Positions 35,398 to 44,684 of a DNA stretch of 64,000 nt are shown here, one piece after another. The stretch's first letter is position 1; each line of letters opens with the position of its first letter. This stretch comes from Patescibacteria group bacterium. Its GTDB lineage: Bacteria; Patescibacteriota; Patescibacteriia; UBA9934. The position numbers were made by a program, and so were the translations under genes. Where the stretch lies: contig JAGORL010000001.1 in assembly GCA_018062825.1 (NCBI GenBank), forward strand, positions 314,758 through 378,757. The letters are read 5' to 3'. Under the pieces are notes generated by a model that worked only from the letters and a program-made list of their open reading frames with translations, did not search any database and was not told the DNA's origin.

Positions 35398-36135
35398 TCA
35401 GCTCCTCGTGATGTGTAGCAGTCGTTGGCGCTCATGGAGTGGAAACTTCTCAATCGCGTAACGAACGGTGGTGCGAGGGAGTTGTGTCCCGTGTTTTTCA
35501 AGGAAGCTTTTGAGTCGTGGCATATCTCTTTTGCCAGCCTCACGCAGCATCCAGCCCACTGCTTTATGCGTTAAATCGCGCTTGTCGTTATGTACGTCGA
35601 GCGCGATTTCGTATATCTCATCCAAATGTCCGGCTTTAATGAACGCATACGTTGCGATGATTCCAATGCGGCGTAAGAAAAGCGGCTCACGATGCGCAAG
35701 AGCATTGGCTTCATAGCGACGATTTTGCAGAAGTAACCAGTCGCCAACAATTTTGTGCGCCGACACGTCAACTAAATCCCAGTTATTCAAACCAGGAAGC
35801 GTGACATACACATCAACGATTCGACGCCGCACATTTTCGTCCTTCGATTTTGCATACAAACGAACAAGGGCAATGGCCGCAAAAAGACGCGCTTCATGCC
35901 ATGGGGAAGTGAAGATCTCAAGAATCTCTTCCAAACTCAAAACAGGAAACTCTTTAAGAAGCGATCGAGTTTCTGGAACCGTTACGCCAAAAAAGCGATC
36001 ACCTTCGCCATACTGACCCTTGCCGGTCTTAAAGAACCGCGTCGCTTGCTCAGCCTTGATGGGGCTCCCAAGTGAAGCTAAGCGTTTTTCAACTGCGAGC
36101 CGTGTTGTTTTAGGAATATTGTTCATATATGTCAT
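35398..36135 (-). CDS. DNA alkylation repair protein (AlkD/AlkC-like HEAT-repeat glycosylase family).
   Basis: DNA_alkylation-family pattern (...FFKTGKGQYGEGDRFFGVTVPETR...WDLVD...). Start taken at MTYMN or MNNIP to avoid overlap with msrB. Confidence 0.6.
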   Translation of the reverse strand: MTYMNNIPKTTRLAVEKRLASLGSPIKAEQATRFFKTGKGQYGEGDRFFGVTVPETRSLLKEFPVLSLEEILEIFTSPWHEARLFAAIALVRLYAKSKDENVRRRIVDVYVTLPGLNNWDLVDVSAHKIVGDWLLLQNRRYEANALAHREPLFLRRIGIIATYAFIKAGHLDEIYEIALDVHNDKRDLTHKAVGWMLREAGKRDMPRLKSFLEKHGTQLPRTTVRYAIEKFPLHERQRLLHITRS

Positions 36136-36167
36136 CCCGAGACAGAGCCAGGGGTCCCTTACTTGCA

Positions 36168-36545
36168 CTAATCCTTCTTCGCGACAAACTCTAGGGCGGC
36201 GGAATTCATGCAATAGCGCAAACCGGTTGGCGCTGGACCATCTTCAAAGACGTGCCCAAGGTGTGCATCGCAGTTTTTGCAGATCACCTCAGTACGAATC
36301 ATGCCGCCCGCGGTATCAGTGACGGTTTTGATTGCATCCGGACTCGTTGCAGAAAAGAAGCTTGGCCAGCCAGTGCCAGATTCAAACTTTGTTTCAGAAG
36401 AGAAAAGGGGAGTGTTACAAACAATGCAGTGATACGTGCCTTTCTCATGGTGATCCCAGTACTTTCCGGACCAAGGCGCCTCAGTTCCTTTATTGAAGCA
36501 GACGTTGGCAGATTCCGGAGGTAGCTCGTTTGGCGATTTTTTCAT
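36168..36545 (-). CDS. msrB: Peptide-methionine (R)-S-oxide reductase MsrB.
   Basis: CxxC...CxxC zinc site (HCIVCNTPLF; CKNCDAHLGHVF) and the catalytic RYCMNSAAL motif. Alignment with E. coli MsrB supports a start at MKKSPNEL. The longer start at 36581 lies inside a perfect palindrome. Confidence 0.8.
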   Translation of the reverse strand: MKKSPNELPPESANVCFNKGTEAPWSGKYWDHHEKGTYHCIVCNTPLFSSETKFESGTGWPSFFSATSPDAIKTVTDTAGGMIRTEVICKNCDAHLGHVFEDGPAPTGLRYCMNSAALEFVAKKD

Positions 36546-36558
36546 ATACTTATAGATA

Positions 36559-36585
36559 GTATGCTGACTACTTGTCAGCATACTA
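36559..36585. promoter_or_regulatory. Perfect palindrome AGTATGCTGAC-tactt-GTCAGCATACT (11-bp arms) just 5' of msrB.
   Basis: Direct reading. Fits either an operator for a dimeric regulator or an RNA hairpin that sequesters the upstream ATG. Confidence 0.45.
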
Positions 36586-36592
36586 CTCCCCT

Positions 36593-36625
36593 CGGCCGTA
36601 GCCCAGCCACGGGCGAGGCCTACTT
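36593..36625. repeat. REP-like 33-bp hairpin element, copy 2.
   Basis: TCCCCTCGGCCGTAGCCCAGCCACGGGCGAGGC, 1 mismatch from copy 1 at 22088-22120. Confidence 0.55.
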
Positions 36626-36681
36626 ACTACTTTCCAGTCCTAACGTAGTCCGCTAGGACTAAGTGGACCCACCCCTGCACT

Positions 36682-37389
36682 ATGCTTTCTCAACTTGTTA
36701 TAGCTTATTTGGGCGGCGTTGTATCCGTGACCGCTCCATGCGTACTTCCGCTTTTACCGGCGATCATGGGCGCCGTTGCTCATGAAAACAAGAAGTACCC
36801 ATTATTTCTGGTGGGAGGTTTTTCAATATCGTTTGCTTCACTAGGGATTTTATTCGGTACGGTGGGTTATGCACTCGTGAAAGAACGTGAGGTGCTCATC
36901 ACGACTGCCGGCGTCGTCACGCTTCTTTTTGGCGTCATCTACCTTTTTCCCAAACTTTCAGAAAAGATGAGCGAGCCATTTGCGTATCTGACCGGTCGAC
37001 TCGCAAGTAAAGCACCACAAGCAAATGCTTTGCATGCGCCTTGGGAGGCCGCGCTCCTCGGAGCAACCCTTGGTGTGGTGTGGGCGCCATGCGCTGGCCC
37101 TGTGCTGGGTTCGATCTTGGCGCTTGCCACGGTGAGCGGGAACATTGCTCTAAGCGCCACGCTTATGATCATCTACGCCCTCGGCGCCGCTACGCCCATG
37201 TTGGCACTTGCTTACGGCGGCAAAACGCTCGCCACCCGCGTGCGCGGCTTTGCGAAGTACGCCCCAACCGCCCAGCGCCTCTTCGGTCTCGTGCTCATCA
37301 TCTCCTCGCTTTTCATTCTCTTTAATCTTTGGAAGCGACTTGAGATTCTCCTCACGCCATTCGCTCCCAATTGGATAACGGTGTTCTAG
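36682..37389 (+). CDS. ccdA: Cytochrome c-type biogenesis / thiol-disulfide transporter CcdA (DsbD-family membrane core).
   Basis: Six-TM protein with conserved Cys in TM1 (TAPCVLP) and TM4 (WAPCAGP). Confidence 0.75.
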   Translation: MLSQLVIAYLGGVVSVTAPCVLPLLPAIMGAVAHENKKYPLFLVGGFSISFASLGILFGTVGYALVKEREVLITTAGVVTLLFGVIYLFPKLSEKMSEPFAYLTGRLASKAPQANALHAPWEAALLGATLGVVWAPCAGPVLGSILALATVSGNIALSATLMIIYALGAATPMLALAYGGKTLATRVRGFAKYAPTAQRLFGLVLIISSLFILFNLWKRLEILLTPFAPNWITVF

Positions 37390-37418
37390 CAGGGTAAGCA
37401 TAGTCGAGAGAAGAATTG

Positions 37419-37462
37419 AAAAGAGCACGGACTTTTGGTCGCGTGCTCTTTCTTTAACACTT
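37419..37462. terminator. Bidirectional terminator AAGAGCACG-(12 nt)-CGTGCTCTT with T-rich tails on both strands.
   Basis: Lies between the convergent genes ccdA (+) and 37488-39047 (-). Followed by a TCTTTAACACTTTTTACTTTAAT tail. Confidence 0.65.
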
Positions 37463-37487
37463 TTTACTTTAATACCTTCACCTCAAA

Positions 37488-39047
37488 TTACTCTTCTCGT
37501 GCCTCGCCTTCGGTATACAGCACTGCTGGTTCAACCGGCATGATGTCGTAGCGTGGCTCTTGGTAGGAGTTGATGATGTCTTCAGCGAGCGGGATCACGA
37601 TAGCACTGCCGTAGATATAAGCATCTTCAGGAATGTTGATGATCGGGAAGCTGAGTGCCGGCACAAGGAGCATTTGCGAAACGTTGTTCTCATACGTCCA
37701 GTGAGGAACAAGGACGTCGGTTGGTGAACCAACGGTGATATCAATCACCTGGGCGCCCGTGTTGAGAATCTCTTCATCAGTTGGTAGGTAGCCGTACAAG
37801 CCACCGCGCTCGAGCAAGCGATCAACAACAGCGGCGTCGGTTGTAAGACTGTATGAAGAGGATGCTAGATCAGTTGGCAGGTTGATGTTCACGCCCGAAA
37901 CCTCGCCGAGCATAAGATTGATGGAGACATCAATGCCATAGCCGCTGCCCTCACTGTTGCGGACCTCCATACCGTCTACCACAAGTGGGTAAGTAACATT
38001 CATCCAGCTGCCAGCATATGGATCAGCAATGCGTACGGCTTCAGCAAGCGCCATGTACGCCTGCTCGTTCACGATTGGTGCGCCGTATGAGGATAGATCA
38101 ATGTTGTACTCATTAAGAAAATCATTTGCCATGGCGATGATTTCACCTTCAGCTGGCACGGCATTTAATCCACCTTGCTCATAGCTGCGAGTCCAGTAGT
38201 TGTAGTTTTGATTGATACTCACTGATCCAGATGCGAAATCAACGCTTACGTTGTAACCTTCGCCGTCTTGGCCCTGACTAGCGCCGAAGTAGGTGACTTC
38301 TAGCCCAGGGAATGCGCCAAGATCAACCGGTCCAAAATTAGCACTTGTTAATCCGTTAGCGTCCCCCGGAAGTGAGCCACGGCGGTACACGAGGCCGCTT
38401 TCGTTCAGCTCAAGATCGCCTTCATAGTTGTAGCGATAGTAGGTTGGAGTCCATGAGCCATCACCAGGGTAAGGCGCGATCATCATTGAATCAACAACCG
38501 CCCCATTAACAGCATTGTTAGCAGCCATCTTTTCTTCATCTGCTGAATAGCTCATGTCCATGCTAACCCCGCCACCACTTTGTGGACGCGCGCTGATAGT
38601 GCTTGGAGCAACGCTGGAAAGAAGTGAGGCGCCATCGGTCATCATTTCCGCTGTACCGGCAGCATTGCTGCCACCAAGAGATCCGAAAGCACCTGGCTTC
38701 ATGGATTCAATACTAATGTTGCCAACAAGACGCTTCATGCCAAAGTCACCAAGCGGCTTGCCACCCATGACGCTGTCATACAAGAACGGAACGCCAAGCA
38801 TGAAAACAAGTGCGCCACCAGCTGCTGCTGAAAAGAGGTAACCAAGCACCTGTGGAGCACGTGATGTCTTTTGTTCAGGCATATGAAGAAGTTTTTGTTT
38901 TAGAGTGAAGAGAAAGTTTTCATCGATCGTGACGCCGTCACGTGCGGTAACCATTTTTGCCACGATTGGCCGCAGTGATTCACGCTCAGCGGCAAGCGAT
39001 GGATCAGCCGCGAGGATATCGTCTAAGAGTTCATCAATAGAGGTCAT
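37488..39047 (-). CDS. Putative anti-sigma factor / membrane protein with a large extracytoplasmic domain.
   Basis: Its start overlaps the ECF sigma stop by 4 nt. Single TM helix (VLGYLFSAAAGGALVFMLGVPFLY). No catalytic motif. Confidence 0.5.
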   Translation of the reverse strand: MTSIDELLDDILAADPSLAAERESLRPIVAKMVTARDGVTIDENFLFTLKQKLLHMPEQKTSRAPQVLGYLFSAAAGGALVFMLGVPFLYDSVMGGKPLGDFGMKRLVGNISIESMKPGAFGSLGGSNAAGTAEMMTDGASLLSSVAPSTISARPQSGGGVSMDMSYSADEEKMAANNAVNGAVVDSMMIAPYPGDGSWTPTYYRYNYEGDLELNESGLVYRRGSLPGDANGLTSANFGPVDLGAFPGLEVTYFGASQGQDGEGYNVSVDFASGSVSINQNYNYWTRSYEQGGLNAVPAEGEIIAMANDFLNEYNIDLSSYGAPIVNEQAYMALAEAVRIADPYAGSWMNVTYPLVVDGMEVRNSEGSGYGIDVSINLMLGEVSGVNINLPTDLASSSYSLTTDAAVVDRLLERGGLYGYLPTDEEILNTGAQVIDITVGSPTDVLVPHWTYENNVSQMLLVPALSFPIINIPEDAYIYGSAIVIPLAEDIINSYQEPRYDIMPVEPAVLYTEGEAREE

Positions 39048-39598
39048 AGAGGAGGGAAGAGTGAGAGGAGAGTAAGAAGAAGTGATGTTTGCAAGGCTTT
39101 CACCGCTCGAGAGAAGAGCACCTTGCTGTTGCCTTCAGTTTTTCCGAGGCGCTCGGCAATCTCTTGGTGTGAGAGGCCAGCGATTACTCGTAGTTCCACC
39201 ACGAGCCGCTGAGATTCAGGGAGTTGTTGCAGCGCGTCATGCACTTGTTGCATGAGAATGCCGCGTTCCGTTTTTTCTTTCGTTGGATTTGTTTCTGGCA
39301 CATCGGCAAATTCAGGTAGGGGCACGGCTTTCTTTTTGCGGGTGTAGTCAATGAAAGTCCGTTCAGCGATTGTAAAGATCCACGCCGCCACGGAAATGTC
39401 CGTTGTGCCGCGGAATCCCGCAAAACCGGTCAGTACTTTTTCAAAGACATGCGAGGTAAGATCCTCGGCTGTTTCTTTATGACGCGTTTTGTACGAGAGA
39501 TAGCGTAAGACACGCACAGCAAATCGATCATAGAGTTGACCGAACGCTTGGCGGTCGCCGCCTTTTGCCTGCAGAGCTAGTTCAATATCGGTATGCAT
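39044..39598 (-). CDS. RNA polymerase ECF-type sigma-70 factor.
   Basis: Region 2 (...FGQLYDRF...VLRYL...) and region 4 HTH (LPESQRLVVELRVIAGLSHQEIAERLG). Confidence 0.8.
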   Translation of the reverse strand: MHTDIELALQAKGGDRQAFGQLYDRFAVRVLRYLSYKTRHKETAEDLTSHVFEKVLTGFAGFRGTTDISVAAWIFTIAERTFIDYTRKKKAVPLPEFADVPETNPTKEKTERGILMQQVHDALQQLPESQRLVVELRVIAGLSHQEIAERLGKTEGNSKVLFSRAVKALQTSLLLTLLSLFPPL

Positions 39599-39679
39599 AC
39601 CGTGGTGAGGTCCTCACAATAGAAAACGATTGAGCACCCCAATGGTAACATTTTGCGCTTTGGTCTACACTCGTGCCGT

Positions 39680-40594
39680 ATGTCAGCCCAAACCCCACTG
39701 AGCGTTACGAACGTAAAAAAGCACTTTAAGAAGAAGAATGGCTCTTGGCTTGAAGCGCTCAAAGGCGTCTCATTTACCGTCGAACCAGGCTCTATTCACG
39801 GACTGCTAGGTCCAAATGGCGCTGGCAAAACCACACTCCTGTCACTCATTTCAGGAATCGCCATGCCAACAGATGGTTCGATTGCGGTTTTCGGACTAGA
39901 TCCAGTAAAGGAAAGCGTGGCTGTGAAAAAGATGCTCGGCATCGTGCCACAGGAAATGGTTATTGAGCCGGCGTTCTCGGTGCAAGAAGTCTTGTACTAC
40001 TTTGGTGGCATGTACGGCATGAGCGCCGCGGATCTCAAAACTCGTATTCCTGAAGTGCTTGAAGATGTCGGCTTAACCGATAAGAAAGATGAGAAGGCTA
40101 TGCGTCTCTCGGGTGGTATGAAGCGCCGCCTCATGGTTGCAAAATCCATCATGGCCAAGCCAAGGCTACTCATCCTTGATGAGCCAAGTGCGGGCGTTGA
40201 CGTTGCACTTCGTATTAAGTTGTGGGAACTCGTGCGCCGCTTGAATAAAGAAGAGGGTACAACGGTTGTGTTCACGACACACTACTTGGAAGAGGCGGAG
40301 CGCCTGTGTGACCGCATTACCTTGATCGATCAAGGAGTAGTCGTTGCTGATGGTCGTTTGCAAGACATGTTGAATGACTTTGGTAAGCAACGTGTATCAT
40401 TCACACTTCATAAGAACGGTGTCGATCATGTCGCCGGCGCTGAGAAGATCGGTGAGGACTGGGTGGTAAAAACAGAAAACGGCGCCGTAACCCTCGCCGC
40501 TATCGCTAATCACTATACGGACAACTTGAAGTCTGCTCGTTTAGAGCGTGCCACCCTTGAAGAGATCTTCCTTGAACTAACCCACAACGTATGA
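39680..40594 (+). CDS. ABC transporter ATP-binding protein (ABC-2 type exporter ATPase).
   Basis: Walker A GPNGAGKTT, signature LSGGMKRR, and Walker B LLILDEP. Confidence 0.8.
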   Translation: MSAQTPLSVTNVKKHFKKKNGSWLEALKGVSFTVEPGSIHGLLGPNGAGKTTLLSLISGIAMPTDGSIAVFGLDPVKESVAVKKMLGIVPQEMVIEPAFSVQEVLYYFGGMYGMSAADLKTRIPEVLEDVGLTDKKDEKAMRLSGGMKRRLMVAKSIMAKPRLLILDEPSAGVDVALRIKLWELVRRLNKEEGTTVVFTTHYLEEAERLCDRITLIDQGVVVADGRLQDMLNDFGKQRVSFTLHKNGVDHVAGAEKIGEDWVVKTENGAVTLAAIANHYTDNLKSARLERATLEEIFLELTHNV

Positions 40595-41346
40595 AGCCGA
40601 TGATTGCGCTCTATGCGCGTGAAGTGAAGCGTTTTCAGAAACTCTGGCTTGATACGCTCATGAATCCGATCGTATCAGTCGGATTGTATCTGTTAATTTT
40701 CGGCGTTGTTGGTCAGGGGCAGGTACTTGAGAGCGGCATTCCTTTTGTTGCCTTCGTGTACGCTGGTCTTTTGGCAAACGTGGTAGTTAACGCTAGCTTT
40801 TCAAATCCTGGCTTTGCACTTGTTATTGCCAAGAACCTCGGCACCTTCGTCGATTTACGTTTAGCACCAATCCCACCACTGGGCGTGGCATTTGCCTATG
40901 CTTTTGCAGCGGTAACACGTTCGCTTATTACACTCGTTGTTGCCCTTGTGGTGACAGCACCGTTTGTGGCTGGCCTGGAAATGCATCACCCGCTTCTTTT
41001 GCTCGCAACGCTGATCGCCTCGGGATTACTTTTCGCGCTTCTTGGTTTCTCATTCGGTATGCGCGCGAAGAATTTCGAGTCGCTCACGTTCATCACCACG
41101 TTCGTCATGCAGCCGCTGACACTTCTCTCGGGTGTGTTTTATCCAGTTGCAAGCTTACCAGGCATTTGGGCAGATGTTGCACGGTTTAACCCAGTGCACC
41201 ACGTTATGAACCTGGTACGGTACAGCATCTTTGGTGTAGCGGAAACACCAATCGTGTATTCTATTGCCCTCATCGCAACGCTCTTAGTACTCGTAAGCGT
41301 GATGGCCTTCGTATTTGCTCGCCGAGGATTGCGAGCTGATGTTTAG
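40591..41346 (+). CDS. ABC-2 family transporter permease.
   Basis: Six predicted TM helices. Start overlaps the ATPase stop. Confidence 0.7.
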   Translation: MKPMIALYAREVKRFQKLWLDTLMNPIVSVGLYLLIFGVVGQGQVLESGIPFVAFVYAGLLANVVVNASFSNPGFALVIAKNLGTFVDLRLAPIPPLGVAFAYAFAAVTRSLITLVVALVVTAPFVAGLEMHHPLLLLATLIASGLLFALLGFSFGMRAKNFESLTFITTFVMQPLTLLSGVFYPVASLPGIWADVARFNPVHHVMNLVRYSIFGVAETPIVYSIALIATLLVLVSVMAFVFARRGLRADV

Positions 41347-42158
41347 AGCCCAGCGGCTTTGCGCATAATGCGATCAAGTAACCACGTTGGAACAAGCTTA
41401 GTGACAACAGGAATCCATGAGGCAGACGCCGGCGCCAGTAAACGGGCCGGCGTTTTTGCGTCTTCAACCGCTCGTACAATTGCCTCTACCACAGATGTAG
41501 TCGGGACTTCTTTGTTTGGCAGATCGCGTTCAAACTTCTTCAGTCGATCAAAATCAGCAGCGAAGCGCGACGTTGGCAGTAACCAGCGCCACTTGTTGGC
41601 GTACATGCGTTCATTAAAACCGGTGGCAATATAGCCAGGCTCAATCAGATGCACGCGAACGTTGTGCGGCCTCATCTCCATCCTGAGCGCATCGTGCATG
41701 GCTTCGAGAGCAAATTTGGTCATGTGATACGGGCCAAGATGCGGTAGGACGATTCTGCCAGCAACTGATGACAACGTAATAACTGCGCCGGCATTGTTTT
41801 GTAGTTGCCTAATAAACGCCTGCGTTAATCTCAGAGTTGAAAAAACGTTCACCTCAAACCCTGCTCGCACTATCTCAAGCGGCACTTCGCTCATTGGTCC
41901 GGATTCACCAACTGCGGCGTTATTGATAAGCACATCAAATGAATGATCAGAGAAAATGCGAGCCTCATCGCTTTCTTGTGTGATATCAAAAGCAGCAACC
42001 TGCAGTTTGATGTTTTCAGCTTCAGCAAGTAATCGCAACGCTTCCGCTTGTTCGGGTATATGCGCGGTAGCGACAACATGGTGACCGCGCTTGGCAAGGG
42101 CAAAGGCGGCATCTTTTCCAATACCACGTGCCGCACCAGTTATGAGAATAGAAGACAT
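41343..42158 (-). CDS. Short-chain dehydrogenase/reductase (SDR) family oxidoreductase.
   Basis: TGAARGIG cofactor motif and YxxxK (PYHMTK). Start chosen at MSSILITGA. Confidence 0.75.
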   Translation of the reverse strand: MSSILITGAARGIGKDAAFALAKRGHHVVATAHIPEQAEALRLLAEAENIKLQVAAFDITQESDEARIFSDHSFDVLINNAAVGESGPMSEVPLEIVRAGFEVNVFSTLRLTQAFIRQLQNNAGAVITLSSVAGRIVLPHLGPYHMTKFALEAMHDALRMEMRPHNVRVHLIEPGYIATGFNERMYANKWRWLLPTSRFAADFDRLKKFERDLPNKEVPTTSVVEAIVRAVEDAKTPARLLAPASASWIPVVTKLVPTWLLDRIMRKAAGL

Positions 42159-42175
42159 ATGGCCGCATTCTATCG

Positions 42176-42212
42176 TGAATAAAAAGAAACGGCACCCGTT
42201 ATGCACGGGTGC
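42176..42212 (-). terminator. Intrinsic terminator CGGCACCCG-tgcataa-CGGGTGCCG followed by TTTCTTTTTATT (minus-strand read).
   Basis: 9-bp stem. The loop contains the TAA of a candidate 57-aa ORF at 42199-42372. Confidence 0.55.
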
Positions 42213-42368
42213 CGGTGAGGCCGAGCTTGCGCAGTCGCAGGCGAGCTCGGATGGTAGCGGCGTCGATCATCATCTGAAATCCGAGGACCGTTTCCGGGCC
42301 AAGGGTGCAGACGGCAACGCCAAGGACTGCGGTGCGGCTAACGAGTGAAACCGTGCGCACGAAGTGGA

Positions 42369-43214
42369 TCATCGAACGAACCTCGCAAGTTCACGGGTGA
42401 TGCCACCCAAATACGGAGTCTGTGCGGTACAGCACAGAAAGTTGCGGCGCTGGAACACAGCCTTGCGCAGTTCATGCGGAGCCTGCTGCGCCATGATCAC
42501 GATGTCGGCCACGGCGAACGTTGGCAGATCGCTCTGCGCATCGCCGGCCGCGATCACGCTCACCTCTTCACGTCGATCTCCGCAGCGCTCAATGTAGCGC
42601 AGCAGAGCCTTGCCCTTGTCCGCGCCCTTCGGCACGAAGTCCACGCTGTACCGAGTGTTGAACTGGTCGACGAGGCCGACGATCTGCGGCAGGCGATCGT
42701 ACAAGAGGCGACGCACGTTCTTGTCGAACGTATCGGCGACGATGTGTGATGGACGAGCGAAGGAGAGCGTGAACTGCTTGCGGCGCGCCTGTGCGCCGTA
42801 GCGCGTGGCCACTTCGTGGTTCATGTACGTTCGCACCCCGTTCAGTGCCTCCACGGTGTGTGGGCGAACGTCAGGGCTCAGCGCGAGATCGCTGAACTGC
42901 GCGCCGCTGCGAACGAGCAGGCCGCAGCCGCTCTCGCTCACGATCGCATCCACCTGATCGCCACAGATCACTTCCGCGACGATCTTGCAGAACTCGTGAT
43001 CGCGTCCGCTGTTCAGCACAGCGTGCCCACCCGCAGTGCGCGCCTGGCGCAGGAGTGCGATGAACTGATCCACGAGTGCCGGGTTGCGCTCGGCAAACTG
43101 CACCACGTCATCTTCCGTGTACGCCCGATCATCATCGGTGCGAGACGGAATGAGTGTGCTATCGATGTCGAACGAGAAGTAGTGCCGACGCTGATCGGCG
43201 CGAGCAGTAGTCAT
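42369..43214 (-). CDS. HAD-superfamily hydrolase, subfamily IIB-like (Cof/SPP-type phosphatase), in a GC-rich islet.
   Basis: Motif I FDIDSTL and motif IV AAGDAQSDLPTF. ATG at 43212-43214 with GGAG upstream. ~62% GC. Confidence 0.6.
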   Translation of the reverse strand: MTTARADQRRHYFSFDIDSTLIPSRTDDDRAYTEDDVVQFAERNPALVDQFIALLRQARTAGGHAVLNSGRDHEFCKIVAEVICGDQVDAIVSESGCGLLVRSGAQFSDLALSPDVRPHTVEALNGVRTYMNHEVATRYGAQARRKQFTLSFARPSHIVADTFDKNVRRLLYDRLPQIVGLVDQFNTRYSVDFVPKGADKGKALLRYIERCGDRREEVSVIAAGDAQSDLPTFAVADIVIMAQQAPHELRKAVFQRRNFLCCTAQTPYLGGITRELARFVR

Positions 43215-43372
43215 GACAAGGTCTCCGGGTTGAGGGGAAAGAGCGACTTGGTAGCGTAGCAGAACCGCGCACCTCAGACAAGTACGTTTACCTAGAACGA
43301 AAAAGCACCCGAACGCAGGGGGCGGGGGTGCTTGAGAGCCGACGGATTCGGCTACGGCCGTGAGCGGGGAGC

Positions 43373-43690
43373 TTACGGCAGGACGATCTCGGGGGCGGAG
43401 ACCTTCAGGAGGATGTAGGGAGCGGCGCCGACAAGAGTGGTGACGATGATCCCCATGACATAGCGCCAAGAGGTGTCTCGATGCAGCTTCTCGCGACGCC
43501 ATGGGTCACCCCACCCCGCATGCTTCTGAGCCTTGAGGTAGTACGTGACGGCGTGACGCATGAGGTACGCATCGATCAGGGCGGTGGTCGCGATGGCGAT
43601 CAAGGTGATGACGCTGAGAGGATCGGTTGGCAAGACACGCTCCGTAACTAAGGGTGAAGGAACAGAGGAGTAGAGTAGCAGAAAAATCAA
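43373..43690 (-). CDS. Hypothetical small membrane protein (105 aa).
   Basis: ORF with two predicted TM helices in a GC-rich region. Weak support. Confidence 0.3.
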   Translation of the reverse strand: MIFLLLYSSVPSPLVTERVLPTDPLSVITLIAIATTALIDAYLMRHAVTYYLKAQKHAGWGDPWRREKLHRDTSWRYVMGIIVTTLVGAAPYILLKVSAPEIVLP

Positions 43691-43702
43691 ATAATTGCAA
43701 GA

Positions 43703-44272
43703 TTGCCACTAAATGATCGGCAGTCTATGATGAGCCATATGTCTTTTGAAAGTCTTGCGCTAGCGGAAGCGCTCGTAAAGAGCCGCATTGTTGGCACGCG
43801 TATCGGCTCAGAAAAGCCGCAGTGGCAGCATTCATGCGATGTCCGCGATAAGCTTGCCATGTACAAATACCCTCAAGAGGTGGTGCTTGCTGGCCTACTT
43901 CATGATGCCATTGAAGATGCTGGTGCTACCGCTTTAGAACTCCAAGAAATCGGGTGCTCCGATCGAACGCTTGAGTTGATCGATCTTGCTACCCACGACA
44001 GTGCAATAGAAGACAAGGATCACCGCTGGGCAAAAATGATGGTGCGTTTGGCTGATGCCAAGGATGCCGACGCTTGGGCGATCAAGCTCGCGGATCTCTT
44101 GAGTAATATGACCGACTGTGGAACTATGCCGACCGATCGCGCGCTCCTCATGATTGAGGTGAAGGCTGGGCTGATGCTCGCACTAGCCGCCCCCTTGATG
44201 GCTGATACGCCGCTTTATAAAGAACTCAAACGTCTCCGTGACCACGCCCTCTATGCCGCACCTCGACCTTAA
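43703..44272 (+). CDS. HD-domain metal-dependent phosphohydrolase (small HD protein).
   Basis: H...HD motif (LAGLLHDAIED) with downstream conserved D. An alternative start is at MSFESL. Confidence 0.6.
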   Translation: MPLNDRQSMMSHMSFESLALAEALVKSRIVGTRIGSEKPQWQHSCDVRDKLAMYKYPQEVVLAGLLHDAIEDAGATALELQEIGCSDRTLELIDLATHDSAIEDKDHRWAKMMVRLADAKDADAWAIKLADLLSNMTDCGTMPTDRALLMIEVKAGLMLALAAPLMADTPLYKELKRLRDHALYAAPRP

Positions 44273-44684
44273 CGCCAAGCAGTACCTCGTGCTCCTGCGT
44301 AGCCTCTCAACCGCTCGTCAGCTGACCGAACACATCGCAGACCTCACTGACGCTAAAACCGACGGTGAATACCAGGCACTCTTTGAACGCCTCATGGAGT
44401 CTGCGGATGACTTTGGCTTGTCGTACCCAACCAAGGAAAATGAGGAAACGCACTGGTCACATGAGCTACAAGAAGAAGTACATGATGATCTGCACGCTTA
44501 CGTTGACGCTGAGCTGAACGAATCAATCTCTCAAGACTTAGCGTTTGGCGAACATGCAGCTAGCTGCCAAGATGAAACGCACGAGAATGAAACGTGCCGT
44601 GGAGATTTGTTGAATCGTCGTGATGCTTGGCTTGCTAAGCTTGAGAAGCAATCACTCTTTGAGGCCTTGCAAGAAAAAGTATGA
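44238..44684 (+). CDS. Hypothetical acidic protein (148 aa).
   Basis: ORF overlapping the HD gene end. Translationally coupled (ATGA) to the next gene. Confidence 0.4.
   Translation: MTTPSMPHLDLNAKQYLVLLRSLSTARQLTEHIADLTDAKTDGEYQALFERLMESADDFGLSYPTKENEETHWSHELQEEVHDDLHAYVDAELNESISQDLAFGEHAASCQDETHENETCRGDLLNRRDAWLAKLEKQSLFEALQEKV

Noticed and set aside
21745-36145. Shared 11-mer TGTCATCCCGA upstream of the GIY-YIG gene (21752) and near the alkD start (36131).
   Set aside because: The match is short and the contexts differ: one is a 5' leader on the + strand, the other the antisense of a 5' region on the - strand. The expected chance frequency in 64 kb (both strands) is low but not negligible, and nothing else ties the two sites together.
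37041-37428. ORFs antisense to or overlapping ccdA (36939-37172 -, 37041-37325 +, 37150-37428 -).
   Set aside because: ccdA has the conserved Cys-containing TM motifs. The alternatives are Arg/Ala-rich shadow frames with no start-site support.
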